From assembly GCA_964471255.1 (NCBI GenBank), contig CAYYFB010000001.1:37923-101922 (forward strand): a DNA stretch of 64,000 bases, in the 5' to 3' direction. This DNA comes from Candidatus Woesearchaeota archaeon. Its GTDB lineage: Archaea; Nanobdellota; Nanobdellia; CAYMVK01; CAYYFB01. The stretch's first letter is position 1; each line of letters starts with the position of its first letter. Shown piece after piece: positions 36,994 through 46,189 of this stretch. The notes under the pieces are model-generated. The model was not told the origin of the DNA and searched no databases. It was given only the letters and a program-made list of their open reading frames with translations. Both the position numbers and the translations under genes were made by a program.

Positions 36994-38574
36994 ATGAGAA
37001 ATAGGATAATGAAACCTATTAGAAGCAAAAGTAGAAGCACACCTAATATGGACATGCATAAGAAGGGGGAGATGCCAGAAAAATTTTTAATAAAGAAGAA
37101 TAAAAGTATTCTCCCTTTTTTTACTCCTTATGATTCTGAATTTTTCCCTCCAGAAGGTGAAATTATAGAAGAGTATTCCATTGATAAAGCTAGGGTCAAA
37201 ATAGTTAAACAAAAAGACTTAGAGAGATATTTTTACTTTTTAGATCCTCCAGAATTTCATTTAAAGACTTCTGAGATAAAAAACATACTATTAGAGTTTT
37301 TAGGGAAAAAACCCATAGAGTCTGAAATAACAAAGAGATATAGGGATGGACTAGGAATTTTAGAGATATTTTTCAAGGACGAAAATTTAGAAGATGTCTT
37401 TATAGACTCAAAAAATCCCAGAGTGTACGTTTATCATAAAAAATATGGTTTAATGGACACAAACATTATTTTCAACGAGAAAGATTTAAAAAGAATAGCA
37501 ATAAAGCTAAGAGAGATATCTGGAAGACCATTTGACGAAGGAATTCCTATTATTCATTTATCTATTGGAAAAGTTAGAGTCGTTGGCATAAGATATCCGT
37601 TCTCCTTTTCTGGAATAGGCTATGCCTTTAGAATTCACGAAAAGAAAGCCTGGACAATCCCAAAATTAATAGATAAGAAGATGTTTGATTTAAAAACTGG
37701 AGCGCTAATGAGTCTTTTGGTTGAATCCTTTTCCACGATTCTAATAACTGGACCAAGGGGTGCTGGAAAAACATCATTGCTTTCTGCACTTCTGTTTGAA
37801 GTGCCAAAAACGGAAAGAATAATTATCATAGAAGATACAGCTGAATTACCTATTAGCGAAATGATCAGAGCTGGATATAGAGTAGAGCATGTAAGAATAT
37901 CTGCTTGGGAATCCGAATATGAAATGAGCGCGGAGGATGCTTTTAGAGCAAGTTTGAGATTGGGAGAAAGTTTTCTAGTTGTCGGTGAAGTAAGAGGGCC
38001 AGAGACAAAAGTGTTGTTCGAGGCTATGAGGGTTGGAGCTGCTGGAAATACAGTAATGGGAACAATTCATGGAGCTTCAGCTGAAGATGTATATGATCGG
38101 ATAGTTAATGAAATAGGTGTTCCTCCAGCCTCATTTAAAGCAACCGATTTTATCATCTCAGTAAATAGATTAAGAGCTGGAAGTGTTATAAAAAAGATAA
38201 GGCGTTTAATTGAAATTAAAGAGGTTAAAAAGAATTGGGTAAAAAGCCCAGTCCTGGAGAAAGGCTTCTTGGATATATGCAAATATGATAGGAAAAAGGA
38301 CTCATGGAAAATATTGAATTTAGAAGAGTCCGATGCTATAGAAAGAATTCTTTTCAAAAACGGATGGGAGTTTAGAGAATTTCTTACTGAATTAGATGTC
38401 AGGAAAAAATTTCTTAGAGCGTGTATAAAAAAGAAGATCCTGGAACCAGTCTCATACTCGAAAGTAAAATCTCTTTATTATTCATTAGTAGAAGAAGGCC
38501 ATTCTGGAGTGGAGGCTCTAAATTTAATCTTTAAGTCTAAAATGGATGTGTTAAAGAAACTATTGGAGAAATGA
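36994..38574 (+). CDS. type II/IV secretion-family ATPase (FlaI/PilB/TadA-like) for archaeal type IV pilus assembly
   Basis: ILITGPRGAGKTSLLSAL (Walker A), RIIIIEDTAELP (Asp box/Walker B), FLVVGEVRGPE, GTIHGAS (His box). Confidence 0.85.
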   Translation: MRNRIMKPIRSKSRSTPNMDMHKKGEMPEKFLIKKNKSILPFFTPYDSEFFPPEGEIIEEYSIDKARVKIVKQKDLERYFYFLDPPEFHLKTSEIKNILLEFLGKKPIESEITKRYRDGLGILEIFFKDENLEDVFIDSKNPRVYVYHKKYGLMDTNIIFNEKDLKRIAIKLREISGRPFDEGIPIIHLSIGKVRVVGIRYPFSFSGIGYAFRIHEKKAWTIPKLIDKKMFDLKTGALMSLLVESFSTILITGPRGAGKTSLLSALLFEVPKTERIIIIEDTAELPISEMIRAGYRVEHVRISAWESEYEMSAEDAFRASLRLGESFLVVGEVRGPETKVLFEAMRVGAAGNTVMGTIHGASAEDVYDRIVNEIGVPPASFKATDFIISVNRLRAGSVIKKIRRLIEIKEVKKNWVKSPVLEKGFLDICKYDRKKDSWKILNLEESDAIERILFKNGWEFREFLTELDVRKKFLRACIKKKILEPVSYSKVKSLYYSLVEEGHSGVEALNLIFKSKMDVLKKLLEK

Positions 38575-39632
38575 TAGAAGAAGGCGGAATAAAATTATGC
38601 CTAAAAAACATTGAAATAACAAAGAAAGCTGAAACTTTCTATAATCCTGAAAAAAAGATAGATAGGGATATCTCGATAGAGCTGTTAAGGGAACTTGGGA
38701 TGGTTCGATTTAAAATGCTGGATTTGTTGGCCGGAAGCGGAATATATTCCTTGAGAATTGCAAAGGAGTTATCACCATCTTTGATCATAATGAACGACCT
38801 AAATCCAAAGGCTGTAGAGACTATTAAAAGGAATATAGAAATAAACAAAGATAAAATAAGACCTTCAACAGAGATTGAAGTTACATGTCAGGATGCTAGA
38901 ACTTTTTCCTATCCAGAAAAATTCGATTACATAGACATAGATCCTTTTGGCTCTCCAGTTCCTTATCTCCCCGCAGCTTTCGTTAATTTAAAAAGACACG
39001 GTGTAATTTCTATAACTTCTACTGATATCGGATGCTTAATTGGAAAATATCCATTGGCGTGCAGGAGGAGATATGGGGCTTCTGTTTTGAGATGTTTTGA
39101 GGAAAAAGAGCTAGGAATAAGAGTTCTAATAAAAAGATTTGCAGAAATAGCCTCGATGTATGATTATGGGATAAAAAAAGTAATTTTGTCCTACTGGTAC
39201 AAACATATTTTTAGAATATTTTTTGAGGTGAAAAAATCAAGAACACTAGCTTCAAGCAATTATGAAAAGATTCTTTTTTGCAAGTACTCAGAGAAAGAAG
39301 GATGGATATTTCTAGAAAAAAATTTAAATATGTGCTCGGGTCCTTTATGGACGGGAGAAATTTGGGATAAAAACTTTTTCCTTAAGATAGGCGGTTTATT
39401 TAAGAAACTATCTATAAAAGGAATATTAGGCAGAATAAGAGAAGAAGTAAAAATAAATACCGATATGAATATTTTCTACGACATTAGAAGATTTGTTCCA
39501 AAAGGAAAACCACTTCCAAAACTTAGAGAAATAATTGAAAAGACCAAAAAACCAGTGGCTCCAAGTATATTCTCAGCTACTGGAATACGAGCTGAAGCTG
39601 ATTTTTGGGAGATAAAATCTTTAATGATGTAG
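38571..39632 (+). CDS. trm1: tRNA (guanine26-N2)-dimethyltransferase Trm1
   Basis: FYNPEKKIDRDISI...LDLLAGSGIYSLRIA...IDIDPFGSPVPYL. Confidence 0.85.
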   Translation: MIEEGGIKLCLKNIEITKKAETFYNPEKKIDRDISIELLRELGMVRFKMLDLLAGSGIYSLRIAKELSPSLIIMNDLNPKAVETIKRNIEINKDKIRPSTEIEVTCQDARTFSYPEKFDYIDIDPFGSPVPYLPAAFVNLKRHGVISITSTDIGCLIGKYPLACRRRYGASVLRCFEEKELGIRVLIKRFAEIASMYDYGIKKVILSYWYKHIFRIFFEVKKSRTLASSNYEKILFCKYSEKEGWIFLEKNLNMCSGPLWTGEIWDKNFFLKIGGLFKKLSIKGILGRIREEVKINTDMNIFYDIRRFVPKGKPLPKLREIIEKTKKPVAPSIFSATGIRAEADFWEIKSLMM

Positions 39633-40040
39633 CTTTTCTTTTAAGGGAATCCTAGCTTTTAGTACCCCAAGCGCTAATAAAGTTAGCACCATCGCTAATA
39701 GATATTCCTCCACACATACTAAGAGAGAAATCGCTACAGCAAACCATAGGGTAGCTGCTGTAGTTATCCCTATTACTTCTTCTCCAATTTTTTCTGGATG
39801 TTTTACAATTACTCCACCGCCAATAAATCCTATTCCAATAATAACAGAAGAAATTATTCTTGGTAAGTCACCAACAAATTTTTCTCCGATGTAAAAGAAA
39901 GTAAATACAGAAAGCGCCACAAGAATATGGGTGCCTATCCCAGCAGGCTTCCTTTTTGCTTCCCTCTCTAATCCTAATAGGCCAGTAAGAAATGTTAGCA
40001 AAAGAATTTGAAGAGGCCATTTTTCTAACATATATGTCAA
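39621..40040 (-). CDS. MgtC/SapB-family membrane protein
   Basis: LLGLEREAKRKPAGIGTHILVAL.... Confidence 0.75.
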   Translation of the reverse strand: MTYMLEKWPLQILLLTFLTGLLGLEREAKRKPAGIGTHILVALSVFTFFYIGEKFVGDLPRIISSVIIGIGFIGGGVIVKHPEKIGEEVIGITTAATLWFAVAISLLVCVEEYLLAMVLTLLALGVLKARIPLKEKLHH

Positions 40041-40252
40041 GTGATAGAAAAATAGAAAAAATTAAAGAGATCTTACGAAAGGGAAAAGAAAAAAATTGTT
40101 TAATAAATCCTTCAGTATTACTAGCAATAATTGAAAATGAGTTTAAATGTCTTTGCAAAGTAAACACAGAATGTCCTTGCAATTTTGAGGAGGATCTAGT
40201 TAGGCTTGGAAGATGCTATTGCGGTTTATATATAAAAGGAAAGACAGAGTAG
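39992..40252 (+). CDS. ferredoxin-thioredoxin reductase catalytic subunit-like protein
   Basis: CLCKVNTECPCNFEEDLVRLGRCYCGLY fits the CPC...CPC...C.C.LF pattern of the FTR beta chain. Its 5' end overlaps the mgtC-like gene on the opposite strand, so the start may be Met15 at 40034. Confidence 0.55.
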   Translation: MLAKEFEEAIFLTYMSSDRKIEKIKEILRKGKEKNCLINPSVLLAIIENEFKCLCKVNTECPCNFEEDLVRLGRCYCGLYIKGKTE

Positions 40253-40253
40253 T

Positions 40254-41279
40254 ATGAAGAGATTGTTTGTTAGCGTTTTAATTCTGTTGCTGTTACCAAC
40301 ACTCCTAGCACAGGAAGAGATAGCTCCAGCTAAGAGAGCAGTTTTCCCTGTAGGACTAAAGCTCGTTGGAAAAGGAATTGCAATTAAGAGAGAGAATCCA
40401 GAAGAATTTATCCCAGTGAAAATTGGTGTCGGGAGAGTAGCTGTTTGGTTACCACAACTAGAAGATATCGTAGAGGTTGATGTCGGAGTTTTATTTATAG
40501 GGCCAAAAAGGTTTTCGCTTAAGAACATGCAGATGGAACCTAATTACTTTTTTGCAGAAATTTACCGTAGAAGGATAAAAGTAGGAGAAATTACACTTAA
40601 CTTAGAAAGAAAATATTGGCAATTAGTGTGGAAAGGAAATCTATTCATTAATGTTACTTTAGAAGAGTTCAATAAAACAGTTCAAGGAGATTTTATTGTT
40701 TACATACTTGAACCAAAGAAAGTATTCGTACCTCGCCCAATTCCAACTCTTCCTAGAGTAAGAGCCAGGATAGCCAGGAAAATAACAAAGATAAGGCATC
40801 ACTTAGGAGTTTTAAGGAAGATAGCTGAATGTATAAAAGAACCAACAGGAAGAGGATGCAGGGCACTCTTTGAGAAGTGCTTAAGAAACGAGACAACCTG
40901 GTGCAGGAAACTTATAAATGCGTATTGCGAAAAAATAGGAGATCCAAGATGTAAAATCTTAATTAGGCCTCCAGTAAAACCACCTATTCCCGTTAATGTT
41001 ACGCCTGTTAACGTTACAACAGGCAAACCATCAATAAAGATCAATATAACACCCGGAGCGGTGAGAATAGAAATCGAAAAAACAGTTCCTTTTTCTTCTT
41101 GGAGTATGACTATTATAGGAGGAAACCAAAGCAAGGAAGTTGACGTCTTAGATCTCCTAAGAAAGGGCATTTGTACTAGTCCACTAATGTATTATGGAAA
41201 AGAATTAATTTGTAACAAAACTCTGTTAGAGGAGGAAATTGGGATACCAGTAGAAAATGTTGTTGTTGAAATAGAGTGA
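40254..41279 (+). CDS. secreted hypothetical protein
   Basis: Signal peptide MKRLFVSVLILLLLPTLLAQ; Pro/Val-rich linker PPVKPPIPVNVTPVNVTT. Confidence 0.65.
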   Translation: MKRLFVSVLILLLLPTLLAQEEIAPAKRAVFPVGLKLVGKGIAIKRENPEEFIPVKIGVGRVAVWLPQLEDIVEVDVGVLFIGPKRFSLKNMQMEPNYFFAEIYRRRIKVGEITLNLERKYWQLVWKGNLFINVTLEEFNKTVQGDFIVYILEPKKVFVPRPIPTLPRVRARIARKITKIRHHLGVLRKIAECIKEPTGRGCRALFEKCLRNETTWCRKLINAYCEKIGDPRCKILIRPPVKPPIPVNVTPVNVTTGKPSIKINITPGAVRIEIEKTVPFSSWSMTIIGGNQSKEVDVLDLLRKGICTSPLMYYGKELICNKTLLEEEIGIPVENVVVEIE

Positions 41280-41283
41280 GATA

Positions 41284-41529
41284 ATGAATTGGGCCATACT
41301 AGCAGGAATTGCCGTCCTTATTCTTGTAGGCATTATTTACTACCTCTACTCTAGTGCACCTGCTCCCACACCAACACCTAAGCCAGCTCCTCCAACTCCC
41401 CCTCCAGCTCCTTCTCCAGAGAATGCTACAGAAGCTGCTGAGAAGGTGGCAGAGGAATATATTGAGAATATCACAGAAAATTTGACTGAAAGTATAGGAG
41501 AAGAGGAAATATCAGGACTTCTGGGCTAG
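41284..41529 (+). CDS. small single-pass membrane protein with a Pro-rich linker and acidic tail
   Basis: MNWAILAGIAVLILVGIIYYLY...PAPTPTPKPAPPTPPPAPSPE.... Confidence 0.55.
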   Translation: MNWAILAGIAVLILVGIIYYLYSSAPAPTPTPKPAPPTPPPAPSPENATEAAEKVAEEYIENITENLTESIGEEEISGLLG

Positions 41530-41664
41530 TTCTTTGTGGCTTTTGTTTATATGTTTTATATATTTTTTCTGATTGGGAAATAATTTACCGCAGCGGGGGC
41601 ACTGAAGGTATTTAAATCCATCTTTGTCTCTTATTACAACAGCTTTGAATTTAATTTTTCCCAT
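41512..41664 (-). CDS. 50-aa C2H2 zinc-finger protein; not in the ORF track
   Basis: MGKIKFKAVVIRDKDGFKYLQCPRCGKLFPNQKKYIKHINKSHKELAQKS, i.e. C-x2-C-x12-H-x4-H. Its start overlaps the 3' end of the upstream gene. Confidence 0.5.
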   Translation of the reverse strand: MGKIKFKAVVIRDKDGFKYLQCPRCGKLFPNQKKYIKHINKSHKELAQKS

Positions 41665-42290
41665 ATTTTCTCCCACTCCCTCTCGACCTTACTCCCCTTA
41701 TATACTAAATTATTCTTAACTTTTTCATCAAAAGGTATAAATCCTAAATAATCAACCCCTAATTTATCTGCAATTTTTTTGAGGTATTTTTTCTCAGAAA
41801 CAAAACACTCTATTACTCCATTTATATCTATTTTTTCATATTTTAACCAATTAAAAGCTCTCATCAAACGAAAACCTGCTTTTTCATTTGATTCATCTAC
41901 ATATACATTAATACATTTCAAAAATGCATTTATCTTGAGAAAATCTTCTGAAATTCCAACCGGAAAATTTATGAACATAAGATAAATTTTTCTTTGAACA
42001 CAATCTTCTAGTATTTGTCTTATAGCAAAAAGGCGTTCTTTAACCCTCCAAATCTTAAAATTTAGGTTAATAAGGTCTTTCCATGTAATTACCCTCTTTG
42101 TATACTTCTTGAGGTCTAGAGGATTAAAAAAATCTAGATCTACCCCAATGTACTTTCTTCCCTCAGCTGATAAAAGAAGATTTAAAAATAAAGTTTTTTT
42201 GCCTACCTCCTGTTTAAGAGAAAAGAAATTTACTGCTAATATCTTTCCAATTTCCTCCAGCTTATCCTCTCTTTGTAAAGTCAACTCCAT
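41634..42290 (-). CDS. ParA/MinD-like protein with a degenerate Walker A
   Basis: KILAVNFFSLKQEVGKKTLFLNLLLSAEGRKYIGVDLDF... and C-terminal LGVDYLGFIPFDEKV follow the MinD/Mrp layout, but KGGxGKT is replaced by LKQEVGKKT. Confidence 0.4.
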   Translation of the reverse strand: MELTLQREDKLEEIGKILAVNFFSLKQEVGKKTLFLNLLLSAEGRKYIGVDLDFFNPLDLKKYTKRVITWKDLINLNFKIWRVKERLFAIRQILEDCVQRKIYLMFINFPVGISEDFLKINAFLKCINVYVDESNEKAGFRLMRAFNWLKYEKIDINGVIECFVSEKKYLKKIADKLGVDYLGFIPFDEKVKNNLVYKGSKVEREWEKIWEKLNSKLL

Positions 42291-42304
42291 ATTATTAATT
42301 TATT

Positions 42305-43246
42305 ATGATACCTAATGGGATAAAGAAGATACTTGAAAAGCAAGGTTATAGGATAGTAGGTAAGCACTCGGCCGTAAAGGTTTGTTATTGGACAAAAAAA
42401 GCTATAAAAAGTGAAGACATTTGTTATAAATGCCAATTTTATGGCATCCAAACTCATAGATGTGTTCAGATGACGCCAGCCGTAATTTGGTGTAATCTTA
42501 GATGTGTATTCTGTTGGAGATCCAACGAACTTTATGCCGGAAGAGAAAAAATGAATTTCAAGGTGGATGAACCTTCCTTTATAGTCGAGGAATGTATAAA
42601 AGCACATAAAGAGCTAATCTCGGGTTTTGGTGGTCAAAGGTTGAATCCCAAAATATGGAAAGAGGCTAATAATCCTAAACACTTTGCAGTTTCGCTTTCT
42701 GGAGAGCCCTGTTTATATCCCTTACTCTCAGACCTATTCGAAGAAATACACAAAAGGGGAATGACATCTTTTCTTGTTACTAATGGTGTCATCCCAGAAG
42801 CCTTGGAAAATCTTGAGGAGCTCCCTACTCAGCTTTATGTCTCGCTTGTAGCTTGGGATAGAAAGAGTTTCTCCAGAATTACCCGAGGAAACCCTTCTCT
42901 TTGGGATAAATTCCTAGAGTGTTTAGAGCTAATGCCTTCCCTTGATACTCGTAAAGTTATAAGGATAACAGCTGTGAAGGATCTAAATATGTTTTATCCA
43001 GAAAAGTACGCACAACTAATTAGGATTGCTGAACCCCATTTTGTAGAAATAAAAGGCTATATGCATGTAGGCTGGTCCCAACAAAGACTTTCTAAGGAAA
43101 ATATGCCATCCCATAGAGAAATACTCAATTTTGGCAGACAGCTGTCCAAATACCTAGGATACAAACTAGTAGATGAAAAAAGAAATAGTAGGGTTTGTCT
43201 CCTAGCTCCAGCAGAATATAGCTGGAGGAAAATAAAATTGAGTTAA
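42305..43246 (+). CDS. taw1: tRNA 4-demethylwyosine synthase Taw1/TYW1 (radical SAM)
   Basis: ILEKQGYRIVGKHSAVKVCYWTKKAI...CYK..FYGI.THRCVQMTP...CNLRCVFCWR. Confidence 0.85.
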   Translation: MIPNGIKKILEKQGYRIVGKHSAVKVCYWTKKAIKSEDICYKCQFYGIQTHRCVQMTPAVIWCNLRCVFCWRSNELYAGREKMNFKVDEPSFIVEECIKAHKELISGFGGQRLNPKIWKEANNPKHFAVSLSGEPCLYPLLSDLFEEIHKRGMTSFLVTNGVIPEALENLEELPTQLYVSLVAWDRKSFSRITRGNPSLWDKFLECLELMPSLDTRKVIRITAVKDLNMFYPEKYAQLIRIAEPHFVEIKGYMHVGWSQQRLSKENMPSHREILNFGRQLSKYLGYKLVDEKRNSRVCLLAPAEYSWRKIKLS

Positions 43247-43277
43247 TGATTTTAGATTTACGTTAATAGTTTATAAT

Positions 43278-44306
43278 GTGAAAGGGGAGGAAGAAACAAC
43301 TTTTGCCTGGGCTGCTATCTTGGTTTTTCTAATAGCCATAATAGTTGGAATATATTTCGTTACACCCGAATTCAGAGAAGCTTTGGGAATTGGTGTTCCT
43401 CCTCCTCCAGAAAAAATAGAAATTTTAATAAATCAGTGGATAGGAGAACCTAAAGAGAATATAGAGAGAATTTCTTTAGCCGAACCCTTTGATTTAAAAT
43501 ATCTCAAGGAGAAAATTTTAATAGAGGAAAGAACAGCAAAAATGTCCTCCAGCATTTTTAAACCCAGTTCCATTATTCTCCAGGCAGGTGCAGATGAAAT
43601 TCTAGAACTTGAGCCCATTTCTTCTACTGGAGTCATAGAAGTTCAGATAGGAGATCAAATTATGAGCCTAACTGCAAGAAAAGAAATAGTTGGGCCAAAA
43701 ATAGTGAAAGTTATCTGTAAAGTTAGTGGATTTAGGCTAGCTGCTTCTTGCCAATTAATCTATAAAAGATATAGGGTTCGGGAAATTGGGATTAAAACCA
43801 AAGAAAGAGTCTCTTTTTCATTGGAAAATGCTTACGGATCTGGAGTAGTAAGTATTTCTGGCATAGGGAGATGCGATCTAATTATTTATCTAAATAACAG
43901 AAAGATTTGGGAAGGGAACATCCTAGGCTCTAATACAATTCCTGTAGAAAATCTTCAATTAGGAAATAATGTCCTAGAATTAAAAGCTAAGCCAGGTGCA
44001 GACTGTTCTATCAGGGAGATTCTAATTACGGCGTATGGTAAGACGACGCCCCGCTCTGTTGAAAGGAAGTTTGATAAGTTGGCTGGTGATTTTAGGGTTT
44101 TTCTAGATGTTGAAAAAACAGAAGGAGATCCTATTATAACAGTGACAATCCTTGGGAAAGAAAAAGTATCATTCCGATATAACCTTACTTCCCCTGCTTC
44201 CCCGCCCGTTAGGGAAGACGTACTCCTAAGAAAAGGAAATGTAATAAAAATAGAAGTCAAAAATGGAAGAATATTGTTAGATAAGATAAGGTTGTCCGTT
44301 ATATGA
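43278..44306 (+). CDS. membrane-anchored beta-rich hypothetical protein (operon gene 1 of 4), GTG start
   Basis: N-terminal TM FAWAAILVFLIAIIVGIYFV, the rest beta-rich. Its stop overlaps the next start (ATGA). Confidence 0.65.
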   Translation: MKGEEETTFAWAAILVFLIAIIVGIYFVTPEFREALGIGVPPPPEKIEILINQWIGEPKENIERISLAEPFDLKYLKEKILIEERTAKMSSSIFKPSSIILQAGADEILELEPISSTGVIEVQIGDQIMSLTARKEIVGPKIVKVICKVSGFRLAASCQLIYKRYRVREIGIKTKERVSFSLENAYGSGVVSISGIGRCDLIIYLNNRKIWEGNILGSNTIPVENLQLGNNVLELKAKPGADCSIREILITAYGKTTPRSVERKFDKLAGDFRVFLDVEKTEGDPIITVTILGKEKVSFRYNLTSPASPPVREDVLLRKGNVIKIEVKNGRILLDKIRLSVI

Positions 44307-46189
44307 TAGAATTTCTTTCTAAAACATTTTATTATCTTTCTACTGTACCAGATTTTATTATCTTGCTGAGCAATTTTGTTGTAGGGGCATTTTTTCCACA
44401 ATTGATATTTGGTATTTCATCTTCAGAAGAAGAGAAAGGACGATTAATCGGATGTCTTTTCCTAATACTGGGTTTCCTTGTTATAAACATTGTATTACCA
44501 TATAGTCCTATTGGATTCGGAGGGCCATCTTTTTTGTCTATAGTTCCTTCTTTTATTATCTTTTCTGCACTTACAGCTATATTGGTCTATGTTCTCCGTG
44601 AATTTTCAGAAACTGAGGAGGCAGGAAAGCGCTTCCTTTTCTACATGCTCTGTATTTTCGACTCTTTCATCTTTATGTTTCCACTTAACTTTTTGGCAGG
44701 TGGAATAAATGGTCTTATTTTTGGAGGCATAGCACAGCTTCTAATGGGGGTTGCAGCAGCTGTTCCACAAGGAATTGGATTATTTATGGAATTTCCTACT
44801 GTGTGTTTAGTCTTTATTCTTACTCTCCTTTATGGCGAGATCTCCGGATGGATTTCTGAAAAGTTAGGGATTCTCTTAGTAGCATGTATTGCTGTTGTTA
44901 TTATAATATCCCTTATACTAACCCACGCTCTAGAGGCCCCAAAGGTAACGTACTTGTTTCTTGTTTTATTGATAATAGCTAATTTCACCGCCCTTCCTTA
45001 TATTTTTTCCTTTCTAAACTTGCCTGGAGAAGTGGTATATAAAGTAAGGACAGGTACAGAAGAAGCAGCAAAAAGGCTGGAGGTTTGGTATAAATACTTA
45101 GAAATGTATAGAAAAATGAAAGGGAACGAAACCTTACGTAGACTATTTGGAATGGTAAGCTACGAAAGACCGCCTCCAGGGGAATGGGTTATATATGTGG
45201 ATAAAGAGGTGGAGTTAAAGATAAATTCGGTATTTAATGACTATCGTAGTGAAAAGAAAAGGCTAAACATTACAGTTTACGGAACGGTACGAAACCCATT
45301 TGAATTTCCTGTTAAAATCAGGAGTTTAGAAATGGAGGTAAAGGACATAGAGGCTCCAATAGAAGGTGTTCTTACACCGTTAAAAATAACACCTAGAACC
45401 ATTTGCACCCCAGAAGGGGGGTTCCAACTCTCAGCTGGAGAAGAGAGGGCTATTGAATGTACTGCTACTTTAGACGGTATCGATAGTGATGCGTACTCTG
45501 AAGTATTCTATACCGTATCACTCAAGGCAAGCTATCTTATTGCAGCAGCCTCAACTCAGGAAATAACCATACTGGGAGAAGAGGAATATAAGTCAAGATT
45601 AAGATGGGGAACACTAAAGGAGGAAGAACCAAAAAGCTACTCAAGCTGGGGCCCATTACTTTGCGTTGTTAAAGAGACAAAATACCAAAAGAGCCCAATT
45701 CCAGCGAGGGACAACCAAGTGTCATTGGCATTTTCCATGTACACAATTTATGGTGCTGGTTCTGGAAGGGTGAAGAAAATGTATGGATACATACTTGTGC
45801 TCCCTCAGAAAGTCGGTAACTCCGAAATAGAGGTACCAAGTAAAGGACTTGACTCTGGCTGTGGGAGGGGGGTGACAAGCCAAATTCACGAACTAATTAG
45901 TGAATTGAAAGATATAACTAAAGAAGAGGCAATTATTTACGGGTATTCTCTTTACAATTTAGATACATTCAAAAAGGAACTAGAAGATCTAGGATGGCAG
46001 ATGGTCTCTTGCAAAATAAATGTCGGAGAATATAAAGCCGATCCTACTCAAAGAGGAGAGGTAAAACAAATAAAAGTAAATATAAAAAATATCGGAGATA
46101 GTGACGTCATTATCCTCAGACCAGTTGCTTACTTTGTGTATGAATATGAATCCATAGCTTCAAAAGTCGGGAAGGCGATACTCACATGA
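44303..46189 (+). CDS. polytopic membrane protein with a large beta-rich C-terminal domain (operon gene 2 of 4)
   Basis: 628 aa. The first 250 aa or so are strongly hydrophobic with multiple helices, followed by a soluble domain. ATGA overlaps on both sides. Confidence 0.7.
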   Translation: MIEFLSKTFYYLSTVPDFIILLSNFVVGAFFPQLIFGISSSEEEKGRLIGCLFLILGFLVINIVLPYSPIGFGGPSFLSIVPSFIIFSALTAILVYVLREFSETEEAGKRFLFYMLCIFDSFIFMFPLNFLAGGINGLIFGGIAQLLMGVAAAVPQGIGLFMEFPTVCLVFILTLLYGEISGWISEKLGILLVACIAVVIIISLILTHALEAPKVTYLFLVLLIIANFTALPYIFSFLNLPGEVVYKVRTGTEEAAKRLEVWYKYLEMYRKMKGNETLRRLFGMVSYERPPPGEWVIYVDKEVELKINSVFNDYRSEKKRLNITVYGTVRNPFEFPVKIRSLEMEVKDIEAPIEGVLTPLKITPRTICTPEGGFQLSAGEERAIECTATLDGIDSDAYSEVFYTVSLKASYLIAAASTQEITILGEEEYKSRLRWGTLKEEEPKSYSSWGPLLCVVKETKYQKSPIPARDNQVSLAFSMYTIYGAGSGRVKKMYGYILVLPQKVGNSEIEVPSKGLDSGCGRGVTSQIHELISELKDITKEEAIIYGYSLYNLDTFKKELEDLGWQMVSCKINVGEYKADPTQRGEVKQIKVNIKNIGDSDVIILRPVAYFVYEYESIASKVGKAILT

